Positions 50,083-64,000 of a stretch of 64,000 bases of DNA are shown piece by piece. Source of the stretch: the human T2T-CHM13v2.0 reference genome, Homo sapiens. The position numbers and the translations under genes are program-made. The first letter of the stretch is position 1; every line of letters starts with the position of its first letter. Below the pieces are notes generated by a model. That model ran no database searches. It saw only the letters and a program-made list of their open reading frames with translations, and was not told the DNA's origin. Where the stretch lies: the NCBI RefSeq assembly GCF_009914755.1, contig NC_060928.1; one strand, written 5' to 3'.

Positions 50083-50716
50083 AAAACTTTAATTGTGTTA
50101 AAAAACTATAAAATTTGCCTCATTAACCATTCTTAAGTGTACAGTAATCCCCATTTCTTCCTTCTCCCACCCCCCCGACAACAACCATTCTACTTTCTAT
50201 TTCTATGAAGGGGACTATTTTAGATCCCTCATATAAGTGGAATCATACAAATTCATTTCTTTTGTGATGGACTTACTTCACTTAGCACAAGATCCTCAAG
50301 GTTCATTCATATTGTAGCCTGAATGGTATCTCATATATACCAGCTTTTATCCATTTATCTATTGATGGGCACTTGGGTTGTTTCCGCCTCTTGGTTTTTG
50401 TGAATAATGCTGTTATGAACATGGGTGTACAATATCTTCTTGACACTCATATATCTAATAAGTAGTTAATACCCAGATTAGATAAAAAACTCCAGTAACT
50501 CACAACAGCAAAAAAAAAAAAAAAAGCAAATAAATAATGGGAAAAGAAATTGAATAGAGATTTCTCCAAAGATGATATACCTATGGCCAAAAGTATATAA
50601 GAAGATGCTCAATATTGTTAATCATTAAGAAAATGCTGAGCAAAACCACAATGAGATATCACCTCACACCCATTAGAATTTCTATTAACATAAAAAAATC
50701 AGAAAATAACATGTGT
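50083..50716 (-). mobile_element. Old L1 (L1MA/MB-like) 3' fragment with inverted segment
   Basis: Antisense 3' end about 50083-50443 joined to a sense ORF2 piece about 50446-50716; probable TSD ttatat(g/a)tttt. Confidence 0.75.
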
Positions 50717-51360
50717 GCTTATATATTTTAACATTCATTAATTTTTCATTGGTTTGATACACTAAAATAAAGCATTCTATGAATTTATAATGCCATGCAA
50801 ATAAAAATGTGCTCCAGTTATTGTTTGATGACCTCTGGTCATGGCTTCTCATTCACTGGGCAAGAGGAAGCCCAGAACCAATAACGGAAGCTCAACATAG
50901 TTCTGCAGCAGCTTCACAAATTCTGTACTCAGCATGCTTGTCTTATTACTTTTCTGGTCTTTAGGTTGGAACAAGAAAGTAGTCTTACCCCTGGATTCTT
51001 TATGTCCTTGAAAGAGTTATTGACATATATTGTTTTCCTTTTTGGATTAGCATCAGAGTTCATAGAATCTTCTAGGCTTGTAGGATTTGTTGCTTAGTTT
51101 ATAATAAACAAAGGTCTACCTAGCTCATATTGTTCTTTTGTGAAAAGTAGAAAAAAATGGCCTATTTGGAAATCTCACCCTCATGGGCCATGTCTTAGTA
51201 AGCAGAATGTGGGACTGACCTCAGCATCCCCATACCCATTCACTCAGATGCCCTTTTGCAATGGCCCAGGAGAGTAATTTTAGACATTAATTCCTCTTAG
51301 AAGATTTAAACAATGTAGTAGTTTGTAACATCACATAATTAGATCTCAAAACAAGCCTTC

Positions 51361-53680
51361 TGTGTTAGTCCGTTCTCACATTGCTATAAAGATCTACCTG
51401 AGACTGGGTAATTTATGAAGAAAAGAGGTTTAATTGACTCACAGTTCCACAGGCTGTACAGGAAGCATGGCTGAGAGGCCTCAGGAAACTTACGTTCATG
51501 GCAGAAGGTGAAGGGGAAGCAAATACATCTTACCATAGTGGAGCAGGAGAGAGAGAGAGTGAAGGGGAAGGTGCTACACACTTTTAAGCAACCAGATCTC
51601 ATGGGAACTCACTCACCATCATGAGAACAGCATGTGGAAAATCCACTCCCGTGATCCAATCACATCCCACCAGATCCCTCCCCCAAAACTGGGAACTACA
51701 AATTGGCTTGAGATTTGGGTAAGGACACAGAACAAAACTATATAATTCTGTTCCTGGCCCCACCTAAATCTCATGTTCTTCTCACATTTCAAAACAAAAG
51801 CAGCATGACTTCTCAACAGTCCCCCAAGTCTTAGCTCATTTGAGTGTTAACTCAAAAGATCAAGTCCAAAGGGTTATCTTAGACAAGGCAAATCCCTTCT
51901 CCCTATGTGCTTGTAAAATAAAAACAAGTTAGTTACTTCCAAGATACAATGGGAGTACAGGCATTGGGTAAATGCTCCCATTCCAAAAGGGAGAAATTGG
52001 AGAAAACAAAGGGGCTACAGGCCCCACACAAGTCCCAAACCCAGCAGGGCAGTCATAAATCTTAAAGCTCCAAAATAATCTCCTTTAACTCCATGTCTCA
52101 CATCAAGGGCACACTCATGCAAGGGGTAGACTCCCAAAGCCTTGGGAAGCTCTGCCTTTATGGCTCTGCAGGGTACAGCCCCTGTGGCTGCTTTCACAGG
52201 CTGATGTTGACTGCCTGTAGCTTTTCCAGGAGCATGGTGTAAGCTGTCAATGGACCTACTATTCTGGGGTCTGGAGGATGGTGGCCTTCTTCTTATAGCT
52301 GCACTAGGGAGTGCCCCACTGGGGACTCTGTGTGGTGGCTCCAACCCCACATTTCTCCTCTGCACTACCCTAGTAGAGGTTCTCCATGAGGAGAAGTCTG
52401 CCTGCAACAGGCATTTTAATACATCCTCTGAAATCTAGACTGAGGCTCCCAAACCTCAACTCTTCCCTTCTGTGCACCTGCAGGTTCAACACCATGTGGA
52501 ATCTGCCAAGGCTTGAGGCTTGCACCCTCTGAAGCAATGGCCCAAACTGTACCTTGGCCCCTTTTAGCCACAGCTGGAGCTGGAGTGACTGGGATGCAGG
52601 GTTCCATAACCTGAGGCTGCACAGAGCAGCAGGACCCTGAGCCCTGCCCACAAAAGCATTTTTCCCTCCTAGGCCTCCAGGCCTGTGATGGGAGGGGCTG
52701 CTGTGAAAGTCTCTGAACTGTCCTGGAGTAATTTTCCCCATTGTCTTGGCAATTAACATTCAGCTCCTCTTTATTTATGCAAATTTCTGAAGTCAGCTTG
52801 AATTTCTCCCCAGAATGGGTTTTTCTTTTCTACTACATATTCAGGCTACACATTTTTCAAACTTTTACCCTTTGCTTCCCTTTTAAACATTTGCTTATGC
52901 AATTGAGTGTAAGTTTTTAAAAGCAGCCAGGCACATCTTGAATGCTCTGCTGCTTGGAAATTTCTTCCACCAGATACACTAAATCATCTTTCTCAAATTC
53001 AAAGTTCCACAGATTTCTAGAGCAGGAACACAATACCACAAGTCTTTTTGCTAAAGCATAGCAAGATTGACCTTTACTCCAGTTCCCAATAAGTTCCTAA
53101 TCTCCATCTGAGACTACCTGAGCCTGGACTTCACTGTCCATATCACTATCAGCATTTTGGTCACAACCATTCTACAAGTCTCTAGGAAGTTCCAAACTTT
53201 TTTCACCTTCCTGTCTTCTTCTGATCCTTCCAATCTGTTCCAGCCTCTTCCCATTACCCAGTTCCAAAGTCATTTCCACAGTTTCAGGTATCTTTATAGC
53301 AATGCCTCACTTCTCTGGTAACAATTACTGTTATTAGTTTATTCTCACACTGCTATAAAGAACTACCTGAGACTGAGTAATTCCACAGGCTGTATAGGAA
53401 GCACAGCTGGGAGGCCTCAGGAAACTTAAAATCATGGTAGAAGACAAAGGGGAAGCAAGCACATCTTACCATGGCAGAGCAGGAGAGAGAGAGTGATGGG
53501 GAAAGTGCCACATATTTTTAAAAAAACAGATCTTGTGAGAGCTCATTCACTATCACAAGAACAGCAAGGAGAAAATCCACCCCCATGCTCCCATCACCTT
53601 CCACCAGGTCCCTCCACCATCATGGGGAATTACAATTTGACATGAGATTTGGGTGGGAGACATAGAGCCAAAGCATATTA
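51361..53680 (-). mobile_element. Complete MSTA-type MaLR element (LTR-int-LTR)
   Basis: LTRs 51361-51744 and 53329-53680 around MST-int; perfect TSD ccttc at 51356-51360 and 53681-53685. Confidence 0.94.
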
Positions 53681-55109
53681 CCTTCTTTTATGACTTGATT
53701 TTTGTAAGTTTTTTACCCCTCATTTTCTTTTATGACTAGACTCCCTATGTGACTAATCTGAGCTACTTTTGTGCTGTGATGCCAGGAGGTGAATTTCTCA
53801 AAAGAAGCTGGCATCTCTGATTCAAAGAGCAGCATGAGTGAGGAGGATTCCCAAAGGGCTAACTACATAGCATAGCATTTTAACTAATGGGGACAACTGT
53901 TCATTTGCTATGGCCAGATTACAATCTTTAGCAATCCTCTACTTGTTCAGAAAGCTTTTTTTTCCTCTGTATTTAATTTTTGTGTGTATCTGAGATCTTT
54001 CTATTATTTATTCCTGTGTCCTTGGAGGACATGATATAGACTCCTTCCATGCTCAGAGAATTAAATATTTGAAAGAACAAGTTAATGAACACATTCTTAC
54101 ATTGTGCTGAAGATGTCACATGAAATGTAGGCCAAATAGATCTTGTTGACCATCTGACTCAATTTTATAAATGAAAGAAGTGTAGCCCTTAATATGAATG
54201 GATGGAACTAAATCTTTATGCTTTGGTTATTTTTAATCAACATTTTATTCTAAAAGTCCATTTCAGACCATATGTAAATGGATTAAAGAAATTAAAATTC
54301 AAGACCTTGACTTCTTTTGAATAAGTTGTCAAATATATTATATCACTCAAGTATTGGGTGTATTTGAAATTAATTTGAAGATTCTAGGTCACTCACTAAG
54401 AAAAAATAAAAGAGTAACTTAAAATAGAAACTTTGAATCAGAAAAATTTATTTTATTTTTCTCTTCATATTTGCTATTTTAATCATTATTAAGATTTTAC
54501 TTATATCTAAAGATTTCTTTGTTTACAGTAATAATATCACATTAAGGAATATAGACCAAATAATAAAGCACATTCTTTAAATAACTCTATTGATTGCTAC
54601 AACATACACTTTCAGTCTTTAAAGTATTGTTTCATGCTATGAAATCACTTAATAGCTTCAGAGAATAAGATAAAGAAGTGCAGTTGTTTCTCTAAGGTAA
54701 TTCAAGGTTGACTCTATAAAACAAGCATTGTAGGTATAACAAATCTGTTTCTTTGAAGCAAGAGATGGTGTTAATGTTAAGACAGTCTAGGAAACAGACA
54801 GACTCCTAGTTAGAATGGTAATTATGAATTCTTAATGTCACCTAAGACCCATAAGATCTCACAATCCCAAACAAAAAATAAATATCATTTCTAATGTGTA
54901 TTTTCTTCTCTTTATGCTAATTATCTTTTTACCCAGTCAACAGTCTTATTTCATCATATATCAAATATAATTTTCCCATATTATTGATTGCAGACTACAA
55001 GTCAGATATTATTGTGAGGCTTTGGTTTTTACATCTTTGATAGAAGATATAATTTAACCTCAGTTTTACCTACTGGCTGTTGCCTGTCAACGTATTGCTT
55101 AAAGAACAT

Positions 55110-56891
<1,782 letters not shown>

Positions 56892-57339
56892 AAAGAACAT
56901 TTAGAAGTACAGACTGGGTGATTATTGATCATACTCAGCAAACCACTCGCCTGAGGTACACCTAAATCAATCTTCACACTTTCCTGCTTAAATTGACTAA
57001 CAACTCCACAAAAAATAGACTTATTTACAAAGGAAATGAGATCTGTTGCTCTAAAGTTTTAGATTAACCTTGAGATAGCTGTGCCATTTTGTGTTAGAGC
57101 ACAATTATTTTATAAAGATCATGAAATGGCTACAATATGTGCTCTGAGAACTAAGCATTCGGAGAAGGTACTGTGTGTTGAATTGTGTAGGAGATATATG
57201 CTTCTAAAATCTCATAATGAAATAATATATTCATTGTAGGCATGACTTTTTCATAATTGATGTGGGTAGAGATGAGATTAATAAAAGAATAAAGCCTCCT
57301 AGAAATTTAACAGAGCTTGAATAATATTTAAAACATTAA

Positions 57340-58717
<1,378 letters not shown>

Positions 58718-60169
58718 GCTGAAAGAAACCATATAGTCTATTTTCCTTACTTTACAAATGAGAAAAGTAAAGGTCAGAAAAATAAAATAATCAACAACCA
58801 AGTAAGAATTGAAACTTGGGACTCTGGCAGTGGAAATACTTATATTTCAACCACAAAATTCAAAAAAGCAACTTGATACTGATATTGCTGTGAGGTCCTT
58901 TCTGAAATCCCTCAAATATTCCATGCTTTAGTCACTCCACCAGAACAATCTGATCATAAATACTTCAGTCTCTGAGTTCTGTTGTCCAGTGATCTATACA
59001 AAACATTCATGATGAGGCAGGGGATACTAGTGCATTTGGACTTTTGAAGGATATTCAAATGCAAGAGAAAAGGAAGCCAAAGGGGTGGGCAGCAGATGAC
59101 AAAATGAGAGAGGGACTAGGAAAGTAGGTGTTGGAGAAATTATGTGGAGAAAACCCAAGGACATGGGGTTGAATAGGGGATTGAGGTTAATTTGAGGGCC
59201 TGAATCAATTATGGGATTCAATGTGAGTTACCTTGTTAATTGGGTAAGTGTGGGACCAATCAAATGGCACTGGAGTGAAGAGTAAAATGAGCGCACTTAT
59301 CTAGAACCTCTTTAAAATCATCAATGTCAGTTAATGCAATATTTGTGGTTTGAAGCTGAGCTGAGTCAACTCTTGTATAGTTTGGCTATTGATATGGCTT
59401 TTCTTTAAAAGCACAAGTTCAGGAACATAAACATCATTTATTCCCAATTAAAACTGTATAGTTATTGTAAACTGTTGTAATTATTGTTTGTGTTGAGTTA
59501 AAGAGTATTTTGTAGCATCAATAATGGCAAAAAAATGGCAAAAAAATGAATATAATAATTGTCAATTAATATGTAAATTACTCTAAGCAGCAAAAAGGTT
59601 TAATTGCCATTTTATTAAATTTTACTTACTCTTATAGAATGAGGTAAGCTGTTTGATTGTCTAAAAGTTCACTTTATTAACAGAATGAAAATTTTAAGAG
59701 AATGTTTATAAGTTGAAAAATTCAGGTTGAAAGAAAAAGGGAAAGAAAAATTCTAGCTATTTATCTTGAACTTTTTATTAGTGACCCTGTAGCCCTTTTT
59801 CCACAATCACTCTGACCATTGCAACACTTACTTTCCTAAAGTTTTCGAAGTATTTTGTGTGGACAACCTCTAGAGAATTCGAAACAAAATGGTAATGTAA
59901 CAAAGGGCACACTAATTGGCAGTGTCATGAGGAGTCATTGAGAATAAATTCCAAAGTGTGAGAATTGTGGTCTCTCAGGGAAATTGTTTTTAATTCTTCA
60001 AACATTTACTTTATTGAACTACAGGAGACAAATAGGTGCAACAACCAATATAGCTGTGTCCTTAAAATATAAAATAGTGTGGATATTACATACAGAAGAG
60101 AGAAAAATCTTCCTAAGTAGATCCCCATTAATTATAATAAGATATATTCAATATATAAATTGAATACTT

Positions 60170-60310
60170 ACTATACTTTATGCTCAGTATTTTTTATGCA
60201 TTATCACCTTCAATCTTCCAGCTCTATGAAATATGTATCATTTTCCTTATTTTACAGAAGGAAACTTAAGCTTAGGGATGTTAAGCAATTCTTCCAAGGC
60301 CACATGAGCT
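60170..60310. mobile_element. MIR fragment
   Basis: ttattttacagaaggaaacttaagcttagggatgttaagcaatt...caaggccaca. Confidence 0.7.
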
Positions 60311-61285
60311 GGGTTTCATGTGTAAACATAGTAATAAACTCTTATTACCAAGATAATATCTGTGGTTATCATGAACTTCAATAGATGTGACATCTAGGCA
60401 ACTTGAAATAATTGGAGGAGAATTATGTGACAGGTGCTGTCACAGAGAAGCCTTAGATTCAATGGCAAATTTGGGGGCACAATCTTCAAAGGATAAAGAG
60501 GTGAATATGGGCCATTGTATAAATGTTGCCATCTTTACTAATAGAGCTTCTCTGAAGTTCTTGGGGGAAAAAAAGACCCCAGAAAGGATTACTGTCCCTA
60601 GAGTACTGCTTCTTGCAAGATTTATGTAAAGTTGAAGGCTCTTTTGAGGGAAGACGACAGGGAGAAGTCAAAGAGCTTTCTCTCATTCATGTCAGGGAGA
60701 CATCCATGCTGCTACTCTCTCAACTTTACTCCATTTTAATAGTGGAAGGAATGAAATTTGTTATACACTTCTGACACAGAATTGACTTACGTTGCCAAAA
60801 AATTCTGGTTGACTATGGTAATCATGTTCAATGGATCAACTGAAAAGACCATACATCATTATGTGTTTTAGCTCTAGAGGACTCCTGTGAGTGAGGGTAC
60901 ATTTAAATAATATGCCACAAAAACCTAGTAAAGTAGAAAACTAACAGATTTTTGTGTATAAGCGTAAGGGAAATACATTTACTATGCTGTTAGTTGATTT
61001 TGTCATATCTGATTTTGCAATTGCTAAACAAATAATAGAAAATGAATATTACAATCTGTTTAATTTAAAAATGAATGAAAAGTAGATATAAAATAAAGCT
61101 GTGAGAAGACATGGTTATTTTTGTCTTCGTGTTTTTTTTTCCACCAAGAATTCATCCATGTTTCCTCTAGGAAATAATTTAGAATTTATGTAGATTTCTC
61201 ACTCAAACTTAAAAAAAATCCTTAAAGGCTTAGAAAATTTATGCATAGTGTCTTTCCAAAATTTTTTTTTGAAAAAATTTACTTT

Positions 61286-61718
61286 TGCTATTATTTAATA
61301 AGCTTCATCCACATCAAAATTCATATTGAGGCTTGATCCCCAGTGTAATAGTGTTGAGAGGTGGTGGGATCCTTAGGAGGTGTTTGGGTCATAAGGGATA
61401 TGCCATTATGAAGAGATTAATCCCATCTCTTTTGAGTGAGTGTAGGTCTGGAATAGCAACCCGAGAGTGAGTTGTTATAAATCAAGGTCATCCTTCATGT
61501 TTTGTCTTCATTGCATGTGCCTACTTGCTGTTCTTGCATGTGTTCCTGTCGTGTGATGCCATCACTATGTTGTGATGCAGCATGAGGCCCTCACCAGATA
61601 CAGCCACCTGATCTTGGACTTCACAGCCTCCAGAAATGTGAGCTAAATAAATCTCTATTCTTTATAAATTACTCAGTCTCAGGTATTCTCTTGTAGCCAC
61701 AGAAAATGGACTAACATA
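61286..61718 (+). mobile_element. MaLR solo LTR (MSTC-like)
   Basis: tgcta...aggtattctcttgtagccacagaaaatggactaacata; TSD acttt/acttc. Confidence 0.88.
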
Positions 61719-61871
61719 ACTTCTTTAATATTGGCTCGTTTTTTCAAAAAAGTATATATTTCTGTAGCACATTTTTTAAAAAGAATATAATTGAATGCAA
61801 AATGCAAATGAATGTAATTACCATTACTGACCATTATCACAATGGGCAGCATCTTCTTATCATCACTAGAG

Positions 61872-61998
61872 CAGCGGTCCCCAAGCTTTTTGGCATGAGG
61901 GACTGGTTTTGTGGAAGACAATTCTTCCATGGACCGGGGCAGGAGGAAGACGATTTGGGGGTGAAACTGTTCTACCTCAGATCATCATCAGATCATCA
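61872..61998. mobile_element. MER1-type hAT transposon, left part only
   Basis: cagcggtccccaagctttttggc...gggactggttttgtggaagacaat...gaaactgttctacctcagatcatca. Confidence 0.85.
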
Positions 61999-61999
61999 A

Positions 62000-62197
62000 T
62001 TTCTTTTTCTTTCTTTCTTTCTTTCTTTTTTTTTTTTTTTTTTTTTGATACAGAGTCTCGCTCTGTCGCCCAGACTAGAGTGCAGTGGCGCAATCTCGGC
62101 TCACTGTAAGCTCTGCCTCCTGGGTTCATGCCATTCTCCTGCCTCAGCCTCCTGAGTAGCTGGGACTACAGGTGCCCGCCACCATGCCCGGCTAATT
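62000..62197 (-). mobile_element. AluY-like right arm plus tail; left arm absent
   Basis: AluY-type aagctctgcctcctgggttcatgccattctcc; stops at the middle linker (cccggctaatt). Confidence 0.9.
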
Positions 62198-62999
62198 CTT
62201 TTTTTTTTTTTTTCTCTTTAAAAACCACTTTTAATTAAAGACTCGATAGAGTAAGCAGAAATTATTTACATTTTTAATAGAAATTTAGTCATACAATGAA
62301 AATGCACTCGAACATTTGTTGATACAAAGACAAGATTTATACTAAGAAGTAGTCAAAAATACCAATTTTATTTATTGATTTATTGGAAAAATAATGTATA
62401 TCTTGGAGACTGGAGCAGGCTAAGTGACTTGAAAGCTGCAAGAGAGAAAAAAAGGTAGCACATTTAAGCTTTAAATCTTTTAGACAAAAATATCTAGATA
62501 GTATGGTTCTGTTTAGAAACTCAAAGATTTATATGCTATATCTTGAAGCAACTAAAGGACATGGTGAACATTTTTCATATGTCACAAAGTGTTTTATATT
62601 TTTGCTTTAAGGGACAAATTAGCAATATTTGGAGACTTCACAATAACTTTGTGGGGAGAGCTAGGGCATTTGTAATGAGAAAAATATAGTTTTGCCATGT
62701 ATGAAAAAGTAAGTTATAGGCCAGTAAAATGTTTCAGTATCTTGTATACCTAGAAGGACTGCTGTGACAATTGTGCCTGTATAGATCTCATTTATCCTTA
62801 AAACCTTCTAGTTTTAAATTGGTACAGACAGTGTCCTTAGTCAAGTAGTACGGTTGGAATATATTTAAATTTTTGTTTATATATTCTGTTTTTGGCCCAC
62901 TGCAGAATCTAACAGACAGGTTTTTATAGTTTTCTTTTTTTTTTCAAGGCCAGTATTAAGTAAAATGTAGCAGGTGATCTGATTTTGTATAATTGATAA

Positions 63000-63620
63000 A
63001 TATTTAGAATGTTAGGTTTTTAGTTAGGAAAAGACCTTATTGATCATCTGCATTTCACCTGCTTTTGCAGATAAAGGACTTGAGACACAGGAAAATTAAA
63101 TATTCTAGTTCCACTAGAAGTGAGCTATCTGACTGTCAATATGTGTATTTCCAATAATCTCTGCTGCACCTTATCTTACAATATCTGTGCTAAAATGTAA
63201 ATGTAACCAGGTAGAGAATTACCATTGACTCACTGTTGATGTGGTTTCAGTAATTCAGCAAACCAGAATCCTGAGTCAAGTATCATGTAGTAGGTAAGAG
63301 AAGAGAGAGGGAAGGAAATCTAGGCATGGGATGTTCAGTCTGTTACTGTAAGAATTGCTCTGGTCTTGGAGACAAAGGGCCTGGGATTCAGTTTTGACAA
63401 TGCCACTTATTAACTGTGATTTTAGAGCAAAACCCTAAATTCTCCAACCTTCAGTTTCTTTATATATGAAATGGGAATAAACATTGTTGCGGTACTTACT
63501 TCTAGGTTAACTGTGAGAATCAAGGCCACTGTGAGAGTCAGTTTCTAGTTTACCAACATTTATTTGCTGTTACTATGTGCTAGGCAATATTGTAGCCTTC
63601 AACAATACAAAGACAATGGA
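63000..63620. mobile_element. MIR and L2 relics
   Basis: ttttgcagataaaggacttgagacacagg; cttcagtttctttatatatgaaatgggaataa; aacatttatttgctgttactatgtgctaggca. Confidence 0.7.
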
Positions 63621-64000
63621 AACTTTTATAACATATTACAAAAGCCTAAAAACTAAGAAGTAATATTTAGCAGGAAGTCTGATTGATATCGTTCATAAAT
63701 ATTTAGAATATTTTTTTTTAATTTGGAAAAGACCTTAGTGTTCAAGAGAGACTTTTGTCTCCTTAGTCTTCAAAGAGATTACAACTTGGAGAGATGATCC
63801 TTTAGGCAAAAAGCCTTATGATATAGTTGATTGAGATTGTCATTATAATAACAGCAGTTTTACAAGCTGTTAACTAATCTAGGATTGAAGAGAGGAAAGG
63901 AATGTCAGCAGTACATCAAAAAGGAAGAATATAATTTTCTTAGAAGTAGAGGAATGAGTGTTTTTTCATTTTTATTATTTTGCTTTAAGCCAGCTGCATT

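Noticed and set aside
52015-52759. Overlapping 129-130 aa ORFs (also 37855..38230)
   Set aside because: They lie in MaLR internal sequence; these are degenerate repeat-derived frames.
60387-60686. Overlapping ORFs in unique sequence
   Set aside because: No recognisable domain and no convincing splice-site pair; lengths are within chance range.

Overview
Primate (human-like), AT-rich, repeat-dense genomic DNA with no intact protein-coding gene. The main non-repeat feature is an old, intronless ETNK1 (ethanolamine kinase 1) processed pseudogene on the minus strand (CDS remnant about 13664-15265). It is split by an MLT2-type LTR with a 5-bp target-site duplication (TSD), and its 3' UTR may run leftwards through several younger insertions to a poly(A) remnant near position 380. 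The rest is mostly transposable elements: a full-length L1PA8-like element (+), a near-full-length older L1 (-), several 5'-truncated or inverted L1s, two complete MST-type MaLR elements, many solo MaLR LTRs, an ERVK-class (LTR14-like) solo LTR, Alus, MIR/L2 and MER DNA-transposon relics. The best leads are: a possible polyadenylated insertion into the linker of an AluY at about 62.2 kb; a motif-rich unique island at about 43.7-44.2 kb with a strong minus-strand splice donor that could pair with a strong acceptor and poly(A) signal at about 30.2-30.4 kb; and a candidate 6-nt microexon. Subfamily names and the ETNK1 comparison come from remembered consensus/protein sequences and need RepeatMasker/BLAST confirmation. 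I found no convincing evidence of a wholly new biological system.
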